Shown: in pieces, positions 1 to 7,377 of the stretch
How positions within the stretch are numbered: position 1 is the first letter of the stretch
How the letters are laid out: every line of letters begins with the position of its first letter
IMG/VR virus record: IMGVR_UViG_3300045988_034891
Coordinates: 1 to 34,780 of that record
DNA from: a virus
Reading direction: 5' to 3' (one strand)
DNA: 34,780 nucleotides
The notes under the pieces: model-generated
Seen by the model: the letters and a program-made list of their open reading frames with translations, nothing else
Database searches by the model: none
What the model was told of the DNA's origin: nothing
Translations under genes and position numbers: made by a program

Positions 1-55
1 AGAAAGAAGATCGTTCGCGGCAAATAACCGGAACGCGGGGCGATATATGAAAAAA
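1..55. repeat. Terminal direct repeat, copy 1 (identical to 34726..34780). Most likely an assembler k-mer overlap marking a circular contig.
   Basis: AGAAAGAAGATCGTTCGCGGCAAATAACCGGAACGCGGGGCGATATATGAAAAAA is present at both ends. Confidence 0.9.
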
Positions 56-328
56 GAAAGAAAAATTATCATGACATTATCCGGCGACGGCCTGACGGCG
101 GACGAACTGGGGCGACTGGAAAGGACGATCAGACAGATTAACTACACACGCCGGAAAAACAAAGATACCGAAATTCGATTCAACTACTCACTGAAAGGAG
201 AACTAACCAATGAAGGAAGAAAAGACAATCGAACAGGCGTTGAAGGACGCGGCAGAACAGGCAGGCGCAAAACCGGAAGAAATGAAAACCGTTGCGGTCG
301 AACAGGTCGCCGGGATTCATGTTTTTAG
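47..328 (+). CDS. Hypothetical early protein. The 3' third overlaps the next gene in another frame.
   Basis: ATG ORF. The N-terminal ~55 aa look protein-like and the tail is Arg/Gly-rich read-through. The true functional end is unclear. Confidence 0.35.
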   Translation: MKKERKIIMTLSGDGLTADELGRLERTIRQINYTRRKNKDTEIRFNYSLKGELTNEGRKDNRTGVEGRGRTGRRKTGRNENRCGRTGRRDSCF

Positions 329-551
329 TTCGGACATGGAGAAACCGCCGATTGTGTTAATTGACGGCGAATTTGGGGACGTGGCGACACTTCTGGGATT
401 TGCAATCAGCGAATTCATAGACGGAGCAGTAGCGCAGGGAACGCAACGCGCACACGTCGAAAGATTCATGGTCGGTATAACACAGAAGGCGATCGCGACA
501 TCAAGAGCGGAAGCATACAGAAAAGCCGTTCAGGAAGGAGAGAAACACTAA
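210..551 (+). CDS. Hypothetical protein
   Basis: AAAGGAG Shine-Dalgarno sequence 9 nt upstream of the ATG. Globular-looking composition. Confidence 0.6.
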   Translation: MKEEKTIEQALKDAAEQAGAKPEEMKTVAVEQVAGIHVFSSDMEKPPIVLIDGEFGDVATLLGFAISEFIDGAVAQGTQRAHVERFMVGITQKAIATSRAEAYRKAVQEGEKH

Positions 552-955
552 TGGGAATTATGGACGCATTTAAACCGGAAGACCGGACAGAGATTACATA
601 TTCTAATTTTTACAACCTGATTAAACAGGCGGCGCAGTACGAGATTGTAATGAATGCCGTAAATTGTGATATACCACACAACTACATCCGGGAGACAATG
701 ACAGGGAAGAAAGAGGAACGCAAAGAAGAAAAGCCGGTCATGGGAGTGGTAAACGTAAACTTTGACAGCGAAGAGTTCAAAAGAATCATGGACGAAACGA
801 TCAAAGGGAACTTCGGACCGGACGCACTGGAAGAAATACCGGCGGATCATATACAGGCAGGCGCAAAACCGGTTCACGGAACAAGAAAGCGCACGATCGA
901 GAAAGCAAAGAAGAAAGGAACGAAGAACCATGGCAAAAATGAACCTGAAATTTAG
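551..955 (+). CDS. Hypothetical protein
   Basis: The ATG overlaps the previous stop (TAATG), suggesting translational coupling. Confidence 0.6.
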   Translation: MGIMDAFKPEDRTEITYSNFYNLIKQAAQYEIVMNAVNCDIPHNYIRETMTGKKEERKEEKPVMGVVNVNFDSEEFKRIMDETIKGNFGPDALEEIPADHIQAGAKPVHGTRKRTIEKAKKKGTKNHGKNEPEI

Positions 956-1172
956 AGATTTTTTAACCTTATTAAGTCCGGCGCAGTATATCACGGTACA
1001 GGACGAAGACACCCCATTAAAACAGGGAGAATCTGACGCGATCTTCAAAGGAAAAGTCGCGAAAGCCCGTCGGGAAGAAGAACTGGCAGACTGTGAAGTA
1101 AAAATGATAGCACCGACAGGAGATCCAGATCTTCCGGGAACTTATGTTTTCAAGATCTGGTTATATAAATAA
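930..1172 (+). CDS. Hypothetical protein (the track ORF 762..1172 was trimmed to an internal ATG)
   Basis: AAAGGA SD upstream of the ATG at 930. The upstream part of the track ORF overlaps 551..955 and looks out of frame. Confidence 0.5.
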   Translation: MAKMNLKFRDFLTLLSPAQYITVQDEDTPLKQGESDAIFKGKVAKARREEELADCEVKMIAPTGDPDLPGTYVFKIWLYK

Positions 1173-1438
1173 TGACAGTCGGAGAGATCAGGGAAGTATC
1201 GCAGCCGTCGGCGCGGGCATGGATAGAAAAAGACGGGAACGTATTATTTGCAGGCTGGTTTTATAAGGTCCCGGAAGACCTACTGAAAGCAAAGGTCAAA
1301 GAATTTGCATTTGCGCCGGAAATCTGCCACAAGAACTGGGAAAAATTAGGACTTACAAGCCCGATGCAACCGGAAGAAATGCCGGACTATAGTTTTTCTG
1401 ATTTAATGATGAAACTTTACTACAGAATGAAAATATAA
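1172..1438 (+). CDS. Hypothetical protein
   Basis: ORF with an ATG that overlaps the previous gene's TAA stop (TAATG). Confidence 0.6.
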   Translation: MTVGEIREVSQPSARAWIEKDGNVLFAGWFYKVPEDLLKAKVKEFAFAPEICHKNWEKLGLTSPMQPEEMPDYSFSDLMMKLYYRMKI

Positions 1439-1540
1439 GGGAGATCTAACCAATGGCACTAAAACAAAGCATTATTCAGCAGCGGCAAAGACGCCGCACC
1501 GTTCCAGTCAATGGTAATTATTTTTAGAAAGGAAGAAAAC

Positions 1541-1891
1541 ATGGACGCGATAAAACAGAAAATCTATGAACTGACAGAAACGGAGTTGAAAGCAGCAAAC
1601 GAAAAGTTCCCGCTTTTCGCAAGTTCTCACGAAGCCTACGGCGTAATTTTTGAAGAATTCGACGAGACACGCGACGAACTGGAATCATTAGAATATAGCA
1701 TCGATCAATTTTGGTCGGACGTAAAAGAAAATTCTTCGGAAGATGTAAAGAACGACAGACTGACGTGGATTTATGAAAAATCAATCGATCTTGCAGTCGA
1801 AGCGATCCAGACCGCAGCAATGGCGCGAAAAGGAATTTTAAGCAGCTACCAGAAAGGAGATCCGGCGCATGGAGAAACGACAGAGAATTAA
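1541..1891 (+). CDS. Hypothetical all-helical acidic protein
   Basis: GAAAGGAAG SD before the ATG at 1541, which is in frame with track ORF 1511..1891. Confidence 0.55.
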   Translation: MDAIKQKIYELTETELKAANEKFPLFASSHEAYGVIFEEFDETRDELESLEYSIDQFWSDVKENSSEDVKNDRLTWIYEKSIDLAVEAIQTAAMARKGILSSYQKGDPAHGETTEN

Positions 1892-2015
1892 AGAAGCATT
1901 GAAAGAAATCGGGATTTATACCGTGGAAGACTTAAACAGAGCAATCAAAGAGGAAAAACCGCTTGATCTGGGAATCATGACCGGGCAGGCGGCAGCAATG
2001 AGAAAGGCGGGTTAA
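1869..2015 (+). CDS. Small hypothetical protein (48 aa, below the ORF-track cutoff)
   Basis: ATG at 1869, and the stop is fused to the next start as TAAATG at 2013-2018. Translation: MEKRQRIKEALKEIGIYTVEDLNRAIKEEKPLDLGIMTGQAAAMRKAG. Confidence 0.45.
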   Translation: MEKRQRIKEALKEIGIYTVEDLNRAIKEEKPLDLGIMTGQAAAMRKAG

Positions 2016-2525
2016 ATGGATACAAAAGGAAATCGAATCATAGCCGTTGATTTTGACGGAACACTACATACGGGAACATGGCCAGAAATCGGCGACGTAA
2101 ACATGACTGTTTTTAATTTCTGCCGGAATGAGCAGTTAAACGGCGCGCGCCTGATCCTCTGGACAAATAGAGCGGGGGGACAGTTAGAAGACGCGGTGGC
2201 ATGGTGTAAGGAACGCGGGCTTGAATTTGACGCGGTAAACGAAAATCTGCCGGAACTGATCGAATTATACGGGACCGACTGCCGGAAGATCAATGCGGAT
2301 ATTTACATAGACGACAAGGCAGTAAATCCAATGAGAAGACGGCAGATCGCCGGACTTACATCATTAAACCCGTATGACAACCCGACAGATCGGGAAGCGT
2401 TCGCAGAAGCCCAGAAACAGAAAGAAGCAGAAAGAAAGGAATCTAACCAAAATGAAGAAACTGAAAAGAATTCTGAAAGCAATATCCAGACGGAAAAGAC
2501 AAGAGAGACTGAAACGGAATTATAA
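2016..2525 (+). CDS. HAD-superfamily hydrolase/phosphatase-like protein
   Basis: N-terminal IIAVDFDGTL contains the DxDGT motif I of HAD phosphatases. The C-terminal tail is low-complexity and E/K-rich. Confidence 0.65.
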   Translation: MDTKGNRIIAVDFDGTLHTGTWPEIGDVNMTVFNFCRNEQLNGARLILWTNRAGGQLEDAVAWCKERGLEFDAVNENLPELIELYGTDCRKINADIYIDDKAVNPMRRRQIAGLTSLNPYDNPTDREAFAEAQKQKEAERKESNQNEETEKNSESNIQTEKTRETETEL

Positions 2526-2721
2526 AAATTATTCCTTGCAGATCCCGCGCCTGATGAAAGCAGAAACAACCATGGAACTTGATTTCGCGGCCGGATATCT
2601 GAGCGGACAGTTTGAAGCAGCCTACGAATACGGGGAACTGTCAGAGAAGCAGCACGACGAATTAACACAGATCGTCAACTATATTCACGAAGGGCAGAGA
2701 GAAAAAAAGGAAAATGAATAA
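2452..2721 (+). CDS. Hypothetical protein (the start choice is uncertain; later ATGs at 2554 and 2572 are alternatives)
   Basis: AAAGGA-ATCTAACCAAA-ATG initiation context shared with three other genes. In frame with track ORF 2374..2721. Confidence 0.4.
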   Translation: MKKLKRILKAISRRKRQERLKRNYKNYSLQIPRLMKAETTMELDFAAGYLSGQFEAAYEYGELSEKQHDELTQIVNYIHEGQREKKENE

Positions 2722-2825
2722 AAGAAAAAGCGGATTACAGAAGATAAAAACTTCCGTGATCCGCTTTTTCGAACGATATCGAAATCTAACCAAAACTATA
2801 ATACAACAGGAAAGGAAAAAAGTCA

Positions 2826-3776
2826 ATGTTATCAGGTTCGTTGATGAAGAAGGAAAAAGAAGCGATAGAACGATTACAGGCCTTTTCAGCGGAAGAACCA
2901 TATTACTTGTGTTATTCCGGCGGAAAAGACAGCGACACAATACGAATTTTAGCAGAATTGGCAAACGTTAATTTTGAAGTGCATAACAATCACACAACAG
3001 TAGACGCACCGGAAACGGTTTACTACATACGGGAAGTAATAAAACAGTACGGCGACAAAGGTTTTATTCACTATCCAGAAAAGACAATGTGGCAGTTGAT
3101 CGTTGAAAAATTATTCCCGCCGACGAGACTTGCCCGCTATTGTTGCGCAGAATTGAAAGAGAAAGGCGGAAAAGGAAGAAGAAAAGTAACCGGCGTTCGT
3201 TGGGCGGAATCTAACAACCGCAAAAAAAATCAGGGGCTTGTGACGATTATCGGAAAACCTGTGACGGTTCAGAAAATAGCAACTTTAGAAGAAGCAAATT
3301 TCAGCACAACGAAAGGGGGCGGAATCATACTGAACACAGATAACGCAAGCGAACGCCGGGTTGTGGAATCATGCTACAGGACGACTTCGACACTTATAAA
3401 TCCAATTATTGACTGGACGGACGAAGAAGTATGGGAATTTCTTACATATTACGGGTGCAAGAGCAATCCGGGATATTGCGAAGGCGAAAAACGGATCGGT
3501 TGTATCGGCTGCCCGCTTGCAGGCGGAAAACAACAGAAAAAAGAATTTGAAAAATACCCAAAGTATAGACAAGCCTATGTTCATGTATTCGATAGAATGG
3601 TAGACGTCTTGAAGGCAAAAGGGAAACAGACGTTCGATCTTGTTAATGGTAAATACTGGAAGGACGGAGAAAGCGTCATGCGTTGGTGGGTTGGCGACAA
3701 CCCGATTCAAATGACGATAGACGACTACATGAAATTATTAGAAGCCGAACAAAGCATAATGGAAGAATACCGGTAA
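2826..3776 (+). CDS. PAPS reductase-family PP-loop ATP pyrophosphatase (phage DNA/nucleotide-modification-type enzyme)
   Basis: CYSGGKDSD PP-loop (SGGxDS) near the N-terminus. The Cys cluster CEGEKRIGCIGCP near the C-terminus resembles DndC/CysH-like enzymes. Confidence 0.75.
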   Translation: MLSGSLMKKEKEAIERLQAFSAEEPYYLCYSGGKDSDTIRILAELANVNFEVHNNHTTVDAPETVYYIREVIKQYGDKGFIHYPEKTMWQLIVEKLFPPTRLARYCCAELKEKGGKGRRKVTGVRWAESNNRKKNQGLVTIIGKPVTVQKIATLEEANFSTTKGGGIILNTDNASERRVVESCYRTTSTLINPIIDWTDEEVWEFLTYYGCKSNPGYCEGEKRIGCIGCPLAGGKQQKKEFEKYPKYRQAYVHVFDRMVDVLKAKGKQTFDLVNGKYWKDGESVMRWWVGDNPIQMTIDDYMKLLEAEQSIMEEYR

Positions 3777-3777
3777 A

Positions 3778-3800
3778 AAACACGAACGCGTGTTTCTTCT
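3778..3800 (+). terminator. Hairpin (AAACACG-AACG-CGTGTTT) followed by a T-rich stretch
   Basis: 7-bp stem immediately after the stop at 3776. Confidence 0.4.
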
Positions 3801-3904
3801 ATATATAAGAAAGAAATCTTAACCGTCCTTGTAATGGGTATTAACAAATCAGACACTATAAATTTTTAATATATAAATCAATATAGGACGGGAAGGGGGA
3901 TTCG

Positions 3905-4873
3905 ATGAAGAAGCAGAAACGAAGATATGATAACTACGACTACAACGAAGCGTATCAGTATGATCTTGACAAAGAGATAGAGAAGACGGCAAAAGAGAAG
4001 TTCAGACGAGAGAACCCCCTGTTGATAGATTTCGAAGAACAGTGGAAAGAGCAGCAGGCAAAACTTGAAGAATGGGAATACGAACGACTGTTGAAAGAAG
4101 GGAAGGTGGAAAGCCTTTACAGAACATCAACGATCAAGTGTAAAAACATAAAATCCGGGAAAGAGATTGCGGAAGTGATGATCTATCCGTCTTTCTATAA
4201 CCGGGCAGATATGCCACGCACGAAGAAAAAGAGAGAAACGAAGCCGTCACAAAGGAATCTGAACGACAAGAACGCCCGCCGATATGTGATCCGACTTGCG
4301 AATATCAATTTCGGTTCAGGGGATATCTGGGCGACGTTCGGGTGGGACGATCGCTACATACCGGAAGACATAGAGAGAGCAAAAAAGGACGTGACGAATT
4401 TTATCAAGCGAGTGAACCGCAAGAGAAAGAAACGCGGGTTCGATAACATGAAATATATCTACGTTCTAGCCGTTGACAATTATACGCGCCCGCACTTTCA
4501 CATACTCATGAGCGGCGACGGCGTGGATCGCGACGAATTAGAAGCAATGTGGGGAAAATGCAAGCGACCGAACACGCGCCGGGTAAAACCGGACGAAGAT
4601 TTCGGAATAACAGGCCTTGCGACCTACATTTCCCAAAATCCGCACGGAACAAAACGGTGGTGCAGTTCAAAGAACCTAAAAAAGCCACCAGAGCCGACAA
4701 GATCATACCGGAAATTCAAGAAACGCCGTGTTGAGAAAATGGCAAAGGATCACGAAACACTGAAACAGAGCCTTAAAAAAGAATACGTGGGCTATCGCTT
4801 TTTAGACGCAGAAGTGAAGTTCAACACAGTGACAGCCGCGTTTTACATATACGCAAGAATGACAAGAGACTGA
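3905..4873 (+). CDS. HUH-superfamily rolling-circle replication initiator (Rep)
   Basis: Motif I-like WATFGW, HUH motif RPHFHILMS, and a Tyr motif GLATYISQN, in the canonical order. Preceded by a 128-nt AT-rich non-coding region. Confidence 0.6.
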   Translation: MKKQKRRYDNYDYNEAYQYDLDKEIEKTAKEKFRRENPLLIDFEEQWKEQQAKLEEWEYERLLKEGKVESLYRTSTIKCKNIKSGKEIAEVMIYPSFYNRADMPRTKKKRETKPSQRNLNDKNARRYVIRLANINFGSGDIWATFGWDDRYIPEDIERAKKDVTNFIKRVNRKRKKRGFDNMKYIYVLAVDNYTRPHFHILMSGDGVDRDELEAMWGKCKRPNTRRVKPDEDFGITGLATYISQNPHGTKRWCSSKNLKKPPEPTRSYRKFKKRRVEKMAKDHETLKQSLKKEYVGYRFLDAEVKFNTVTAAFYIYARMTRD

Positions 4874-4886
4874 AAGGGGAGATCAA

Positions 4887-5387
4887 ATGGCGATCAAATT
4901 ACAAAACATGAAAAATTCAGAGATCACGGAGCAGATAAAACTTTTTAACTGGGCGCGATCCGTCCGAGAATTCATACCGGAATTAAAATTATTGCATCAT
5001 ATACCGAACGAAGGGAAGCGGACAAACGGCGCACTTTTAAAGGCTGCCGGAATGGTGGCGGGCGTTCCTGATCTGTCGCTTCCGGTAGCGCGCCGGGGAT
5101 TCAACGGTCTGTACATCGAAATGAAATTCGGGAATAACAAGCCGACAAAAGATCAGGTCGAATTTATGGCCATGTTAAAAGATCAGGGCTATAAAACGGC
5201 CGTTGCATATTCGGCAGAAGAAGCGCGAAGTCTGATCCGGCATTATCTGGCACGGGCAGACAATTTCGATCTGGTTAATTGCGAGGAAGCCCCGAAAATA
5301 TTCGGGTGTTGCGAAGGTATCGAAGCAGACTGGACGCCGTGCGCGAACTGTGAACTGTACAAGAAAAATAAACAGCCGGAATGGTAG
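4887..5387 (+). CDS. VRR-NUC domain nuclease (PD-(D/E)xK fold)
   Basis: GVPDLSL ... LYIEMK ... QVEF pattern typical of VRR-NUC. Confidence 0.75.
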   Translation: MAIKLQNMKNSEITEQIKLFNWARSVREFIPELKLLHHIPNEGKRTNGALLKAAGMVAGVPDLSLPVARRGFNGLYIEMKFGNNKPTKDQVEFMAMLKDQGYKTAVAYSAEEARSLIRHYLARADNFDLVNCEEAPKIFGCCEGIEADWTPCANCELYKKNKQPEW

Positions 5388-5402
5388 GAAGGAGAAAGGA
5401 CA

Positions 5403-6000
5403 ATGTTTGTAAGATTAAGAGATTTCAAAAGACTGATAAAAGAAGCCTACACGGGCGCGGGCTTATACGTTGCGCACCGGGGAAATCAGTTACTTTTTGG
5501 TGGTTCATACTGGGCGATCGCCACGACAAAAGAATCACTGGATAAAAAGGCACTGGCAGCAGTGATCGAATTAACGGGAGAAATGCCGGAAGATGGGGGG
5601 GGCTTTCAAGGCGACGAAGGAAGCCAACCAATACGAGATCAACGAAGTACACTGGAATTTAATAGACGCGACGGAGCAATACGAAGACGAAGAAGAGAAA
5701 CTGACAGTGACGCGCCTTGTATTAAACAAATATCCATGCGGTCAGACCATGCGGATTCTACAGGCAGAAGACAAACGGGTGGACGTACTGGGAGAAGGAT
5801 TTATACAGGCAATCGATCCGGCATCAATGAACACAGAATACGAATGGAAAATCGAGGGACCATTTATCAATCGACATTTCCCAAAACAGGTATACTGGAA
5901 AAGCGAAGCAACAACCCTGACCGCCTTTCTGTACGACCGCGACGATATGAAAGAAAAAGATCTTCTGGACTATTTACAGAATACGAAGATCGAAGGATAA
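5403..6000 (+). pseudogene. Early gene split by a G8 homopolymer (5595-5602). The N-terminal part is in frame 0 and the C-terminal part (track ORF 5593..6000) is in frame +1.
   Basis: The frame-0 product turns into an Arg-rich nonsense-like sequence exactly after the G-run. The frame +1 sequence downstream is protein-like. A G7 tract would give one continuous ~198-aa ORF. Confidence 0.5.
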
Positions 6001-6012
6001 GGAGAAACGGCC

Positions 6013-6366
6013 ATGGCGTATAAACTGGATAAAAACACAAAAACGATCGTCCGGGCAATCATGAAGGATCAGGAGAAGCGAGACAGGAGAAAGCACACCG
6101 GGCAGTATACGGCGTTCGACCGACAGGCAGATAAGGCAATCGAAGAAGCAAAAGAGAATATCGGACTGCAAGGATTCACGGGAAGCACACGCGATCAGGT
6201 TATCGGGAAGATCTGTCAGAGTTTGAAGGATAATACGCCGTGGGAATTGCTAGGGGAAACGTATTGTTGCCGTCGCCTGTTCTACGAATACCGGAAAGAA
6301 TTCTGTTATCACGTGGCAGCATCAATGGATATGATCGGCAGTAGTAGGAAGACAGGTCAGAAATGA
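6013..6366 (+). CDS. Putative late-gene transcriptional activator (RinA/ArpU-like by position and C-terminal HTH-like segment)
   Basis: This is the last early gene, directly upstream of HNH/terminase. The C-terminal segment CCRRLFYEYRKEFCYHVAASMDMI resembles sigma region-4-like ends of RinA/ArpU activators. The function is inferred only. Confidence 0.4.
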   Translation: MAYKLDKNTKTIVRAIMKDQEKRDRRKHTGQYTAFDRQADKAIEEAKENIGLQGFTGSTRDQVIGKICQSLKDNTPWELLGETYCCRRLFYEYRKEFCYHVAASMDMIGSSRKTGQK

Positions 6367-6386
6367 ACAGCGACAGAAGATAGAAT
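6352..6386 (+). promoter_or_regulatory. Candidate late promoter 1: ACAGGTCAGAAATGA, then 14 nt, then TAGAAT
   Basis: One of three copies with identical geometry, upstream of HNH-TerS-TerL. Caveat: the -10-like box lies only 12 nt before the GTG start. Confidence 0.45.
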
Positions 6387-6398
6387 GGAGAGTGACAA

Positions 6399-6731
6399 GT
6401 GGCGAAAGAATATGCAAAAGCCTTTTACAATTCCGAAGCATGGAAGAAGACACGGAAAGCATACTACGACAGCAAGGGCGGAATGTGCGAGCGTTGTCAG
6501 AAAGAATTCGAAGAAGGCAAACGCAGCTTGAAAGAAGTCAACATCGGAACGATAGTGCATCACAAGATATGGATCACGCCGAAGAATATCAACGATCCGA
6601 ACGTCACGTTGTCGTGGGATAATCTGGAAGTCGTGTGCGACGAACACCACAACACAGAGCATCACGGCAAGCCGAAGCGATACAGGTTCGACAAGGACGG
6701 CAATATCATTCCGACAAAATCATTTTCCTGA
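6399..6731 (+). CDS. HNH endonuclease (terminase-associated)
   Basis: GTG start with a GGAGAG SD. CxxC ... HHK ... CDEHHNTEH motifs. Sits directly upstream of terS/terL as in HK97-like cos phages. Confidence 0.85.
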   Translation: MAKEYAKAFYNSEAWKKTRKAYYDSKGGMCERCQKEFEEGKRSLKEVNIGTIVHHKIWITPKNINDPNVTLSWDNLEVVCDEHHNTEHHGKPKRYRFDKDGNIIPTKSFS

Positions 6732-6891
6732 AAATCAAAAACAGATCAGCCAAAAACAAAAACGAAATCGCGAAAAGCGCGCCAACCACTCCCCCCCGGT
6801 GGTACAAAAATTTTTTACCAGAAAGAACCGAGGGAGTTAGATCAAAAAGACTCTCCGCAGGCGCGCGCACGTGAGAGGGGGGTGTAAATGC
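6732..6891. other. Candidate cos/packaging recognition region
   Basis: 160-nt non-coding gap between HNH and TerS. It contains hairpin ACCAC-N9-GTGGT with a C7 tract (6785-6803), a near-palindrome GGTACAAAAATTTTTTACC (6801-6819) and a GC-rich block (6851-6882). Confidence 0.25.
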
Positions 6892-7377
6892 ATGGATTTA
6901 GAGAAAGATAGAGAGATAAAACCCGAAGAAGATCAGGTTTTACCGGAGTTATTGGAACTTCTGGGAATATTCAGAGATTTACCGGAAGCACGGAAAAAGA
7001 ACATGAAAACGAGACTGAAAAAAGAAGCAGCGGGCGAGATTTTAACCGAAGCAGAGGTTGAAAAGGAACGAAAAAAGATCATGGAATTGTTTAAGGACGT
7101 TGAGGACGACCGGAAAAAGAAAATGATCGAACGCAAGGTAAAAGAAATGGCTTTTCAGGCCGTGGCGATCCGGGAAGCGAAATACTCAATCATGACGGAA
7201 GGGTTAAAGACCGAAGTCGTCAACGGCTCACAAAGATACATGAAAGAGAATCCGGCAGTTGCAACCTTCGACAAATATTCACGGGCGTATAACTCAAACA
7301 TCGACAAGCTGATCGAGTATTTACCACAACAGCAGACGGAGAAAATAAGCAAGTTGGCAGCGTTCCGAAATGCATAA
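6892..7377 (+). CDS. terS: Terminase small subunit (P27-like)
   Basis: GAGGGGGG SD before the ATG at 6892. Sits directly upstream of and overlapping terL. A C-terminal ENPAV-containing segment resembles P27-family TerS. Confidence 0.6.
   Translation: MDLEKDREIKPEEDQVLPELLELLGIFRDLPEARKKNMKTRLKKEAAGEILTEAEVEKERKKIMELFKDVEDDRKKKMIERKVKEMAFQAVAIREAKYSIMTEGLKTEVVNGSQRYMKENPAVATFDKYSRAYNSNIDKLIEYLPQQQTEKISKLAAFRNA

Noticed and set aside
548-1048. 166-aa minus-strand ORF, and other minus-strand ORFs across 1-28000 (for example 11103..11567, 11637..12146, 20135..20599)
   Set aside because: All are antisense to motif-supported or well-coupled + strand genes. They lack SD sequences and have Cys/Phe/Ser-rich compositions typical of antisense purine-rich coding DNA.
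2714-2971. 85-aa + strand ORF overlapping the start of the PAPS-reductase-like gene
   Set aside because: It is out of frame with a motif-supported gene and has a basic low-complexity product. The T-poor coding strand generates many such forward-frame ORFs (the same applies to 762..929, 3409..3603, 8422..8706, 13064..13381, 14124..14447 and 23508..23913).
6635-6874. 79-aa + strand ORF spanning the HNH 3' end and the HNH-TerS gap
   Set aside because: It has no SD and a basic low-complexity product. It overlaps the HNH gene out of frame, and the region is better explained as non-coding (a cos candidate).
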